From positions 37,510,001 to 37,574,000 of the forward strand of contig OZ024755.1 of the NCBI GenBank assembly GCA_964016885.1: a stretch of 64,000 bases of DNA, in the 5' to 3' direction. Shown here in pieces: positions 29,258-41,699 of the stretch. The notes under the pieces were generated by a model. That model did not search any database. It was not told where the DNA came from and saw nothing but the letters and a program-made list of their open reading frames with translations. Origin of the DNA: Eledone cirrhosa (Eukaryota). The translations under genes were made by a program, and so were the position numbers. Every line of letters starts with the position of its first letter. Position 1 is the stretch's first letter.

Positions 29258-31213
29258 ACATATATATACATTATATATAAATATATATATACATATATAT
29301 ACGTTATATATGAATATATATATACATATATATACGTTATATATACATATATATATATACATATATATACGTTATATATACATTATATATAAATATATAT
29401 ATATACATATATATACGTTATATATACATTATATATAAATATATATATATACATATATATACGTTATATATACATTATATATAGATATATATATATACAT
29501 ATATATACGTTATATATACATTATATATAAATATATATATATACATATATATACGTTATATATACATTATATATAAATATATATATATACATATATATAC
29601 GTTATATATACATTATATATAAATATATATATATACATATATATACGTTATATATACATTATATATAAATATATATATATACATATATATACGTTATATA
29701 TACATTATATATAAATATATATATATACATATATATACGTTATATATACATTATATATAAATATATATATACATATATACATTATATATACATACATATA
29801 TACATTATATATAAATATATATATACATTATATATAAATATATATAAATATATATATACATTATATATACATATATACATTATATATAAATATATATATA
29901 TACATATATATACATTATATATAAATATATATATACATATATATACATTATATATAAATATATATATACATATATATACATTATATATAAATATATATAT
30001 ACATATATATACATTATATATAAATATATATATATACATATATATACATTATATATAAATATATATATGCATATATATACATTATATATAAATATATATA
30101 ATCATATATATACATTATATATAAATATATATATATACATATATATACATTATATATAAATATATATATATACATATATATACATTATATATAAATATAT
30201 ATATATACATATATATACATTATATATAAATATATATATATACATATATATACATTATATATAAATATATATATATACATATATATACATTATATATAAA
30301 TATATATATATACATATATATACATTATATATAAATATATATATATACATATATATACATTATATATAAATATATATATATACATATATATACATTATAT
30401 ATAAATATATATATATACATATATATACATTATATATAAATATATATATATACATATATATACATTATATATAAATATATATATATACATATATATACAT
30501 TATATATAAATATATATATATACATATATATACATTATATATAAATATATATATATACATATATATACATTATATATAAATATATATATATACATATATA
30601 TACATTATATATAAATATATAAATATACATATATATACATTATATATAAATATATATATATATACATATATATACATTATATATAAATATATATATATAT
30701 ACATATATATACATTATATATAAATATATATATATATACATATATATACATTATATATAAATATATATATATACATATATATAAATATATATATAAATAT
30801 ATATATATATACATATATATACATTATATATAAATATATATATATACATATATATAAATATATATACATACATATATATACATTATATATAAATATATAT
30901 ATATACATATATATACATTATATATAAATATATATATATACATATATATACATTATATATAAATATATATACATATATATACATTATATATAAATATATA
31001 TATATACATATATATACATTATAAATAAATATATATATATACATATATATACATTATATATAAATATATATATATACATATATATACATTATATATAAAT
31101 ATATATATATACATATATATACATTATATATAAATATATATATATACATATATATAAATATATATATATACATATACATATATATAAATATATATATATA
31201 CATATATATACAT

Positions 31214-31245
<32 letters not shown>

Positions 31246-32245
31246 TATACATTATATATATATATATATATACATATATATACATTATATATATACATAT
31301 ATATACATTATATATAAATATATATATATACATATATATACATTATATATAAATATATATATATACATATATATACATTATATATAAATATATATATATA
31401 CATATATATACATATATATATACATATACATATACATATATATACATATATATATACATATATATACATTATATATAAATATATATATACATATATATAC
31501 ATATACATATATATAATACATATATATACATTATATATAAATATATATACATTATATATAAATATATATACATTATATATAAATATATATATACATATAT
31601 ATACATATATATATACATATATATACATATATATATACATATATATAAATATATATATACATATATATACATATATATATACATATATATACATTATATA
31701 TAAATATATATACATATATATACAAATATATATACATTATATATAAATATATATATACATATATATACATATATATACATTATATATAAATATATATACA
31801 TATATATACATTATATATAAATATATATATACATATATATACATTATATATAAATATATATATACATATATATACATTATATATAAATATATATATACAT
31901 ATATATACATTATATATAAATATATATATCATTATATATAAATATATATATACATATATATACATTATATATAAATATATACATATATATAAATTATATA
32001 TAAATATATATATACATATATATACATTATATATAAATATATATATACATATATATATATACATTATATATAAATATATATACATTATATATAAATATAT
32101 ATATACATATATATACATTATATATAAATATATATATACATATATATACATTATATATAAATATATATATACATATATATATATACATTATATATAAATA
32201 TATATATACATATATACAGTATATATAAATATATATAACATATAT
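29258..32245. repeat. AT-rich minisatellite built from (TA)n: 46-bp then 35-bp units
   Basis: ACGTT marker at 29369, 29415, 29461, 29507 (46 bp); perfect 35-bp period about 30120-30600. Confidence 0.95.
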
Positions 32246-32356
32246 ACAGATCTTGCGAAGCTACACAGTATATCTTCTAAACACAGTTCAGCTTCACGTT
32301 AAAATAATTACTGGTATGAACTGGATTTATTTTGGCCGTGTTAGTGAAGAGTTTTG

Positions 32357-33600
32357 TATGTGTGTGTATGTCTATGACAGTGTATGTGTAATTCTATGAC
32401 AGTATGTCTATGACAGTATATGTGTATGTCTATGACAGTATGTCTATGACAGTATGTGTATGACAGTGTATGTGTGTCTATGACAGTGTATTTATGTCTA
32501 TGACAGTCTATGTGTGTCTATGACAGTGTATGTATGTCTGTGACAGTCTATGTGTGTCTATGACAGTGTATATATGTCTATGACAGTGTGTGTATGTCTG
32601 TGACAGTCTATGTGTGTCTATGACAGTGTATGTATGTCTGTGACAGTCTATGTGTGTGTCTATGACAGTGTATGTATGTCTGTGACAGTCTATGTGTGTC
32701 TATGACTGTATGTCTGTGACAGTCTATGTGTGTCTGTGACAGTGTATGTATGTCTGTGACAGTGTATGTGTGTCTCTATGCCAGTGTATGTGTGTGTCTA
32801 TCACAGTTTATGTATGTCTATGTATGACAGTGTATGTATGTGACAGTGTATGTATGTCTATGACAGTGTACGTATATGTCTATGACGGCGTACGTATATG
32901 TCTATGACAGTGTATATATGTCTCTGGCAGTGTATGTGTATGGCAGTGTATGTATGTGGCTATGGCAGTGTATGTATATGTCTGTCAGTGTATGTATGTA
33001 TGGCTATGACAGTGTATGTATGTCTATGACAGGGCATGTGTATGACAGTATGTGTCTATGACAGTATGTATGTGTCTATGACAGTGTATGTATGTGTATG
33101 TATGTGTGGCTATGGCAGTGTATGTATGTGTCTATGCCAGTGTATGTATGTCTATGACAGTGTATGTGTGTAGTCTGTGGCAGTGTATATATGTGTATGG
33201 CAGTGTATGTATGTGTCTATGCCAGTGTATGTATGTCTATGCCAGTGTATGTGTGTAGTCTGTGGCAGTGTATATATGTGTATGGCAGTGTATGTATGTG
33301 TCTATGTGTATGTGTCTATGCCAGTGTATGTATGTGTATGACAGTGTATGTATGTATCTATGACAGCATGTGTATGGCAGTGTATGTATGTCTATGACAG
33401 TGTATGCGTGTATGTCTATGACAGTATGTGTATGACAGTGCATGTATGTCTATGGCAGTGTATGTATGTCTATAGCAGTGTATGTCTATGACAGTGTATG
33501 TATGTCTATGGCAGTGTATGTATGTGTCTATGACAGTATGTGTATGACAGTGTATGTCTTTGACAGTGTATGTATGTCTATGACAGTATGTGTGTATGTA
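32357..33600. repeat. Degenerate minisatellite (TATGTCTATGACAGTG-like, ~14-22 bp)
   Basis: Recurrent ATGACAGT/ATGGCAGT/ATGCCAGT separated by TATG/TG runs. Confidence 0.93.
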
Positions 33601-33624
33601 TCGTTGTGTGTATTATATCTAACT

Positions 33625-33811
33625 AACGGTGGATTGGCAGTATCGGTAGAGCGTCAGACGCCATGCTTTGCAGCATAGAGTTACGGCCTTTTCTGATCTG
33701 AGTTCAAATCCCGTCAAGGTTAACTTTGCCTTTCATCCTAACGGGGGTCGATAAAATAAAGTACCAGTAATGTACTGGGTAATTGCTGGCCTTGTGCCAA
33801 AAGTAGAAACA
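33625..33811 (+). mobile_element. SINE family A with 13-bp TSD
   Basis: ATTATATCTAACT at 33612-33624 and 33812-33824 flanks a full family A copy. Confidence 0.9.
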
Positions 33812-33880
33812 ATTATATCTAACTGGCAATCAATTTGACAATCATTTAGTGTTGGATATTTGTTCTGGAGCGCTGCCTTC

Positions 33881-34150
33881 TGGCAGAATCGGTAGAGCGT
33901 CGGACAACATGTTGTGGTATAGAGTTGTGGCCCTTTTAGGGTGGTAGATTGGTAGAGCGTCGGACAACATGTTTTGTGGTATAGAGTTGTGGCCCTTTTA
34001 GGGTGGTAGATTGGTAGAGCACCGGAGGACATGTTTTGTGGTATAGAGTTGTGGCCCTTTTAGGGTGGTAGATTGGTAGAGCGTCGGACATATTTTGTGG
34101 TATAGAGTTGTGGCCCTTTTAGGGTGGTAGATCGGTAGAGCGTCGGACAT
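33881..34150 (+). repeat. ~60-62 bp tandem repeat (4-5 copies) derived from the SINE A head
   Basis: GGTAGAGC at about 33891, 33951, 34013, 34075, 34134; unit GGTAGAGCGTCGGAC..ATGTTTTGTGGTATAGAGTTGTGGCCCTTT resembles SINE A 5' region. Confidence 0.8.
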
Positions 34151-34804
34151 GTTTTGTCTCTCTCTCTCACACACACTATCTATCTATCTATCTCATTCTA
34201 TCTCTTACTCACTATACATATATCGTATTTCTGCCGCTGTCGCCGCCACCACCACTCCCATCATCGTCACCACCACCGTCACAACCACCACTACTATCAC
34301 CACCACCACTCCCACCACCACCACCCCTACCACTCTACTAGATTCAAGTTTACTCTAGCCGTGTCGTCTGCGCCTTACAAACTACTTCAGTGAAATAAGC
34401 TTGACATCTTCAAGGAGAATATATCTGCTGGTCTTTTTATTTTCACTTGACAAACTCTCTGTCATTTCCCTTTGTAACTCTGTTACTAGGAACATTGCTT
34501 CTTTACTCTTTACAACATCTTGTTGTTCTTCTACAACTTTCACTTCGTTTTTTTTTTCCGGGTGGGGATGGATATGTTTAGTTTGTTTTTGCTTGTTTTA
34601 CATTCTATCTTTCTTATATTGTAGGCAACATTTGAACATGCTTCATATTCGAAAACCTGATTGGCTTGTACACAGACAAGTTTTGACAGATCGCCTCACG
34701 CATGCAAACGCGCACGTACATACGTACAAGCGCACATACATACACACGTACAAGCGCACATACACACCACACACACACACACACGTACGTACATACATAC
34801 GTAC

Positions 34805-35362
34805 AAAGATGATGGCTGCAACTCGATTTCGAGTAATGCCAGCACTTGATACTTAAGCATAAACGTCAAGGACGTGGCTTTTTAGTCCAGCTAGAGACTT
34901 GCCTATGGCCAGCAATGCCATGCATCGCAAAAATATGTCACATATCAAGTGATACCTGTACTTCAAGCTTTTTGAAGTGAGGTAAGGCTTTGCAAGGGGC
35001 CAATCCCACTCTCTGCACATCGAATGTATTTACGCCAAAATATAGAACTGGTCGACATAATGGGATGCAAAGGGCGGTGGATTGGCAGAGCGTCAAGCAT
35101 CGTGCTTTGCAGCATAGATTTATGGCCTTTACGTTGTGAGTTCGAATCCCGCCGAGGTTAGCTTTGCCTTTCATCCTTACGGGGTTAATAAAATACAGTA
35201 CCAGTAATGCACAGGGGTAATTGCTGGCCTTGTGCAAAAAGTAGAAACAATTATTGGATGCAAACAAAGTCGCGGGTTTTATATCAGAATGACCTTCTAG
35301 AGAGAGGTCTTAATAAAGACTAGGAGTCATGTTGTACTGGGTCACATGTTACCAGTAGCACT
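34805..35362 (-). mobile_element. Diverged copy of the RTE-derived bipartite element, interrupted by SINE A
   Basis: Revcomp 5' TGCTACTGGTAACATGTGACCCAGTACAAC and 3' KSLAGLKSH-coding segment plus CTCGAAATCGAGTTGCAGCCATCA match 56304-56895. Confidence 0.7.
35072..35255 (+). mobile_element. SINE family A with 9-bp TSD
   Basis: GGATGCAAA at 35063-35071 and 35256-35264. Confidence 0.9.
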
Positions 35363-36387
35363 TGAGAGCGATCTGGCATATACATATATGCATACAAACA
35401 TTGACAATTGCGTCGTTTATACGAGGCGTGCAGGCGTAGAAGACCATCTAAAACGTTTTTGAACGTTTTCCTCTTCAATTATTCTGACTTACTTCCTGAA
35501 AGCCGTTCAAGGCTGCTTGTGTTTCCGTTTAAATTTTATATTACTGACTTAAAGCAGCGTCTCTTCGGTTTCAATTTCATATTGGCAAATAGCGCGATAT
35601 CACCAGGTGGGTGTATAGGAAACAGTCGCCATTTTGTACTTCGTAAAAAAAAAATTAAAAAAACTTGAAGGAAATTTGAGCGAGTGTGTTATCGTGTTGT
35701 ACATGGGTGAGCTGATTGTTCGGTGATGGTCGCCATGGATGAGTTCATGAAATCTTTGCATATTTTCAGTCGTTTTGGTGGAGATTGAAAAGCCCTATCA
35801 AATACCTCACCATCTGTAACCGACACTCAACCGCACTTCGAAAGATGCGTACCACTCAAACACTTGTTTTACCAAGGAAATGCTTGCCAATAGCCCGACG
35901 CTGCTGCTGTTCTTTAAAAAGCATGGCTGCTTGCAATTCTTAAAATTCAGCACACAGTGTTGACAGTGAATAGTTTGATTGTGACACCCAAATATTAAAA
36001 GTATGAAAATATATTCTTGACAGGTGCAATGTGTCCGAACACGTAAGAACCGAACTCCCACTGTCATCGCCTCCATCTCTCTCACCCTCCCCATCTCTCT
36101 CTGTATAGTGAGCAAATGGGGTCCCACGTGCTTGGCAGCCCCACAGCCTAGGCGGACAGAATGGAGAAGGCGTTTCTCCTTAGGATGGTAAGGGAGATGC
36201 GCTGGAAGAGCCATTCAATCTGGCGAGGCTTCACACCTGCGGCTGGCCAGCGACAAAGGATTTTAAGGGAATTGGTCACAAATTTGCCAGGCTTCATACA
36301 ATTTATCATACGCACACGTTGCTCGAATTTGTCAGCTATCGTAAAAATGGCAGTCATTCATATAACGTTACAAAGCCTCGTGTAATA

Positions 36388-36513
36388 TTGGTTTCTTATA
36401 TAGGCACAAGGCCAGTGATTTTGGGGGAGGGGAAAGTCGATTAAATCGACCCCAGTGCGTGACTGGTACTTTATTTTATCGACCTCATGAGGATGAAAGA
36501 TAAAGTTAACCTC
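36388..36513 (-). mobile_element. SINE family A, partial
   Basis: ACTGGTACTTTATTTTATCGACCTCATGAGGATGAAAGATAAAGTTAACCTC; flanked by repeated AAAGCCTCGTGTAATATTG (probable TSD). Confidence 0.8.
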
Positions 36514-36763
36514 AAAGCCTCGTGTAATATTGAACACAGAATAGATGACCTGAATCTCATTGGTATTTTCAGATGTGTTTTTGATTTTATAATGTCCACA
36601 GTAGAAAAGAGTGAGGTGCCGAGGTAAGTAAATCCGAAAACCTATTCTGGTTTATGTACTGCAATGTTTAGGAATAGAAACCTTTAACAATCAAAACGTT
36701 GTCATCTGCAACATGATTTTAGCACAATGTCGTTCCAAAAGTCCGAAATCTCTTGTTCTAGAT

Positions 36764-37072
36764 CAGGCATGGGCAACCTTTTTCGAGAAGCGGGCCGCAT
36801 GAGATATAGTTCATCATCAGGTGGGGCCGCAAGCGCTAATTTACATTCGTGCCCACATTAAAAACAAAGGGCGGTAACTCAGGTTGTTTTGATTTGTTTC
36901 TTCAGAATTCGTACACATTGTTTTCCTCGAATGTAAAAATGATAGAAAGATAAATTACGACTGAAAAGTTAGGGTAAAAAAAATTTTTTTTTTTTAAATC
37001 AGAAAGATTTCACTTAGGTGACTTAGGCGAACCCCTCAGAAAGCTTCGAGGGCTCCATGCTGCCCATGACTG
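36764..37072. mobile_element. hAT (Charlie-type) MITE
   Basis: Terminal CAGGCATGGGCA...TGCCCATGACTG; 8-bp flanks TTCTAGAT/GTTTAGAG resemble the NTCTAGAN Charlie target; second copy at 54497-54786. Confidence 0.8.
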
Positions 37073-37429
37073 GTTTAGAGCCTCTTTTCTTACTTGTATG
37101 TCTTGGAAGAGAGGCAGCTAAATCTATAACATTTATGTGACAAATAAGATTAATAACAAAAGAGCATCATTGGTTACATCTCCCTATTTTACAGCATCTC
37201 CGCGCATGAGCATACCACTCTTTATATTAACTTTATCCTCTCAGCGCTTCGTAAAAGTCCGAGAGATAGATCAAGTGTATATACACGATATATGTTACTT
37301 AAAGTTAAAGTCTGTCCAAAACCCTGAATCTTGTACGATGGGAATTTACTCCGATTCCATTGACATTAAGTTAGGTGACATTACACCTTGGACAGGACAC
37401 CAGTCTGGTGCAAGGTGAGACTACATCTA

Positions 37430-38075
37430 ATGGCGGTGGTGATGGCGGTGGGTGGTGGTGGTGTCAAGGATAGTGGCGGTGGTGTCAATGGTGGTGTCAA
37501 GGATGGTGGTGGTGGTGGTGTCAATGGTGGTGATGGCGGTGGTGTCAAGGATAGTGGCGGTGGTGGTAAGGATGGTGGTGGCGGTGGTGGTGTCAATGAT
37601 GGTGGTGGTGGTGTCAAGGATAGTGGTGGTGGTGGTGGTGTCAATGGTGATGGCGGCAGTGTCAAGGATAGTGGCGGTGGTGTCAAGGATGGTGGTGGTG
37701 GTGGTGTCAAGGATGGTGGTGGTGGTGTCAATGGTGGTGATGGCGGTGTCAAGGATGGTGGTGGTGGTGTCAAGGATAGTGGCGGTGGTGGTGGTGTCAA
37801 TGGTGGTGATGGCGGTGTCAAGGATGGTGGTGGTGGTGTCAATGGTGGTGGCGTCAATGGTGGTGGCGTCAAGGATAGTGGTGGTGGTGGTGTCAAGGAT
37901 GGTGGTGGTGGTGTCAAGGATGGTGGCGGTGGTGTCAAGGATGGTGGCGGTGGTGTCAAGGATAATGGCGGTGGTGGTGGTGTCAATGGTGGTGATGGCG
38001 GTGGTGTCAATGGTGGTGGCGGTGGTGGTGTCAATGGTGGTGATGGCGGTGGTGTCAAGGATGGTGGCGGTGGTC
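37430..38075. repeat. (GGT)n-based minisatellite with GTCAAGGAT/GTCAAT spacers
   Basis: Tandem GGTGGTGTCAAGGAT variants; open in several frames on both strands as expected for triplet repeats. Confidence 0.9.
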
Positions 38076-38169
38076 GTCATTGTGGTAAATGTTATAGTGG
38101 CGCTGGCGTAAGAGAGAGAGATATTGAGTATCGATCTCGTGTGGGTGTGTGGTTTCCTTCCAATAATCA

Positions 38170-39466
38170 AGCGTGCGTGCGTGCGTGCGTCTGTGTGTAT
38201 TATGTGTGTGTGTGTGTCTATGTATATGTATGTGGGTGTGTATGTGTCTGTATGTATGTGTGTGTGTCTGTATGTATGTGTGTGTACGTGTCTGTGTGTA
38301 TGTATGTGTGTGTGTCTGTATGTGTATGTCTGTGTGTATGTGTGTGTCTGGGTGTGTATGTGTGTCTGTATGTGTGTGTATGTCTGTATGTGTGTGTATG
38401 TATGTGTGTGTATGTATGTATGTGTATGTATGTCTATGTCTGTGTATGTGTATGTATGTATGTCTGTATGTGTCTATGTATGAGTATGTCTGTGTGTATG
38501 TATGTGTGTGTGTGTGTCTGTGTGTATGTCTATGTATGTGTATGTCTGTGTGTCTGTGTGTGTGTTTGTGTGTGTGTGTATGTCTGTGTGTCTGTCTGTA
38601 TGTGTATGTCTGTGTGTCTGTCTGTGTGTGTGTGTGTCTGGGTGTGTATGTGTGTCTGTATGTCTGTGTATGTGTATGTCTGTGTATGTATGTGTGTCTG
38701 TGTGTGTGTTTGTGTGTGTGTGTTTGTGTGTGTGTCTGTGTGCATGTCTGATGTGTATGGTTTCCTCTCAATAACCAAGTGTAAGAAGAATCATTGGAAT
38801 TATTTGAATCTCTTCATTGACATTCCAATATTTCCAGGCAACTATCGACATTGAAAGCTATGAAACGGACACCAGGTGTGTGTGTGTTGGTGTGTGTGTG
38901 TGTTGGTGTGTGTGTGTGTTGGTGTGTGTGTGTGTTGGTGTGTGTGTGTGTGTGTGTTGGTGTGTGTGTGTGTTGGTGTGTGTGTGTGTTGGTGTGTGTG
39001 TGTGTTGGTGTGTGTGTGTTGGTGTGTGTGTGTTGGTGTGTGTGTGTTGGTGTGTGTGTGTTGGTGTGTGTGTGTTGGTGTGTGTGTGTTGGTGCGTGTG
39101 TGTTGGTGCGTGTGTGTTGGTGCGTGTGTGTTGGTGCGTGTGTGTTGGTGCGTGTGTGTTGGTGCGTGTGCGCGTTGGTGCGTGTGCGCGTTGGTGCGTG
39201 TGCGCGTTGGTGCGTGTGCGCGTTGGTGTGTGTGCGCGTTGGTGTGTTCTTGTGTGTGTTCTGGTGTGTGTGTGTTGGTGTGTGTTGGTGTGTGTGTGTT
39301 GGTGTGTGTTGGTGTGTGTGTGTTGGTGTGTGTTGGTGTGTGTGTGTTGGTGTGTGTTGGTGTGTGTGTGTTGGTGTGTGTGTGTTGGTGTGTGTGTGTT
39401 GGTGTGTGTGTGTTGGTGTGTGTGTGTTGGTGTGTGTGTGTTGGTGTGTGTTGGTGTGTGTGTGTG
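38170..39466. repeat. Two GT-rich microsatellite/minisatellite tracts (38170-38745; 38875-39466)
   Basis: (GT)n/(GTAT)n/(GTCT)n and GTTGGTGTGTGT units. Confidence 0.93.
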
Positions 39467-39644
39467 AGAGAGAGAGGTGTAGTTCATACCAAGCATTGTG
39501 AAATATATATGTATGTTTGCATACATGTATGTCTATATATATATATATTTACACGCGTGCGTGCGTAAACAGAAATAACAACGCTATCGGTACAGTATGC
39601 GGAAGGTATATATTAGGTTAACGCTTTAAATAGCCGGAAGAGGG

Positions 39645-39680
39645 TCTTAACGTTTCGGACGCTAGTCCTTCACCAGAAGA
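39645..39680 (-). ncRNA. Minimal hammerhead-ribozyme-like motif of Penelope-like element (core variant CUGGUGA)
   Basis: Minus strand TCTT-CTGGTGA-A-GGAC TAGC GTCC-GAAA-CGTT-AAGA: stem I TCTT/AAGA, stem II GGAC/GTCC, palindromic ACGT stem III. Confidence 0.6.
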
Positions 39681-40042
39681 ACGAATGAGAAATAAGATAG
39701 ATTGAGGGGACGGTCGGGTTGGAATTGGAAAAAATGTCTTTAGATAAAAATAACAGGTCTATACATGTTGACATCTCTTGCAAAACTGTTGGTGCTGGTG
39801 TTTTGTGTATGATTTATTTTTTTAGAAAAGTCGATGATGGAGCGCGTCTACCTGAAATGGAAAAATAAATCGTTTTGTAAAAAGAGCTATACTTGTGCAC
39901 GTGCGTAAACGTGCGTGTGTTATAGGTCCGTACGAAGCTAAGAAGAAATGTGTGTGTATATGTGAGTAAAAGAGTGTGTGAGCATGTAAGTACGAAGCCA
40001 TGAGCAAAAGTATGTTAATATAAGGGTGTGTATCGGTGAGTA

Positions 40043-40530
40043 TTAGTAGTAAGAGAAGCTGCTAATGATCAAGAGATAGCGATAGGAATCTAGGGGTGTG
40101 ATAATGGACGGGGTATTAGAGAAATTGGGAAGGAGAGGTGAGTTGAGTCCCAGAAGGGAATAGGACTCAAGGCGGTGAATCAGACTTTGTTCAGTCCTGG
40201 TGCGCGAGGCCTGTGATCCATGATGTAAAGGGAGACCCAGGACTGAAACATGTAGGGAAGAATGACCAGGAGAACAGAAATGACGGGCGACAGGAGTATC
40301 CAAACCGAGTCTGATGTCCCTCAAATGTTCGGCAAAACGGTCCGCCATACGACGTCCCGTTTGTCCGATATATAAAGACCCGCAAAGGGCATAGACAACG
40401 TGGGTGGATGTGCAGGTGAAGGAATGGCGGATACGGAAAGACCCGTCAGGGCCTGTAAGAGTGGTGAGGATGGAAATAAAGGGACAAGTGTTGCAGCGGG
40501 AACGAGAACAAGGATGAGAGCCGGGTGGAG
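40043..40530 (-). pseudogene. Penelope-like (Neptune-type) retroelement 3' fragment: Cys-rich linker plus GIY-YIG endonuclease
   Basis: In-frame PGSHPCSRSRCNTCPF...SFTCTSTHVVYALCGSLYIGQTGRRMADRFAEHLRDIR...PVARHF...EQSLIHRL...GLN; no RT upstream. Confidence 0.85.
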
Positions 40531-41553
40531 TCGTGGATAGATAGAGAGATGTAGTTCATACGAAACTTGAGATATGTATGCATCTATGTATGTTTTCCGA
40601 CATGTATGTATATGTCTATATATATTTACATATATATGTGTATATACACACACACGCGTGCAGTGCAGTGCAGTGCAGTGCAGCCAGCCTGCCTGCCTGC
40701 CTACATCTGTGTACGTGTGCGTGTGCGCGTGCGCGTGCGCGTGTGTGGAGAGGTTAAAGCACTGTTGTTGTCATTGTTTTATTCCCCTCTTTAACGTGTT
40801 CTGGCCTACATCTGTAAAATATACACACAAACGGCGGACTACAGAGGCCACGTACCGTTCCTCTACGACAGATAACTTTCCCCCCTCGGAAAACCCTCAG
40901 TTGATGGATGCGAATCCGAAATATAGGGACAATTAAATCTCTCCCAAGGTAACTATCTCGTGTTATTATTTTTATTTTCTACGCTCTTTCCTACGTTCCT
41001 CCACACATTATACATCTCATTCTACATTCACTTACATCTCCCTCTTCACCACCGGATTCTGTTACCCGGAGATTACCCCTCTGCATTGTTGAGGCTTCCA
41101 AAACGACCCCCCCCCCCAAAAAAAAACTATCGTTTAGCAAAATATGTGCTGGCAACATATGTGATGACGTCATCACATCATCACCATCATCGCCAACATG
41201 GCGGCCTTTATAATCTTCATTAGTATTGTCATCGTTGTCTTTATTTCCACTTTCTTTTGTTATTGTATTGTAGTTATATTACTGTTGTCAGTGTGTCTTC
41301 AGAAACTGGCAGTTGAAATAGCACATTTGATAGCTTCGCTTCTTCACCGAAGGAGGTAGGTCGGTAGGTGAGAGAGAGAGTGTGTTGTATGAGTTGTATG
41401 AGAATGTAGACCCAGCGCCAAGGGAAGACCCAAGGTGTTACTGTACTCCCCTCCCCCCCCCTCTCTCCACCTGCCTTCCACACACTTTTCGATGGTGCTC
41501 CCTCACATATAGAAAATAGATTTTATAAAAACACATCTCTAAAATATTGGGGC

Positions 41554-41605
41554 GTCAAGTATGAAATTTGTAGGGAAAAAATGTTCTACAAATTTCATAC
41601 TTGAC
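41554..41605. repeat. 20-bp perfect inverted repeat hairpin; related copy at 50531-50585
   Basis: GTCAAGTATGAAATTTGTAG / CTACAAATTTCATACTTGAC. Confidence 0.85.
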
Positions 41606-41699
41606 CCAATACATTCTTTGCGGAAAAAGTCTCACCTAGAATGCTCCGAAGGAAAACTTTCTCCCTTGTAAATGTAGAAGACCGCCGTCCACGTAACAG

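Noticed and set aside
37381-38854. Gly-rich 488 aa and Pro/Thr-rich ORFs (structural protein/mucin/extensin-like)
   Set aside because: Triplet minisatellite open in multiple frames on both strands running into GT microsatellite; no signal peptide or splice evidence
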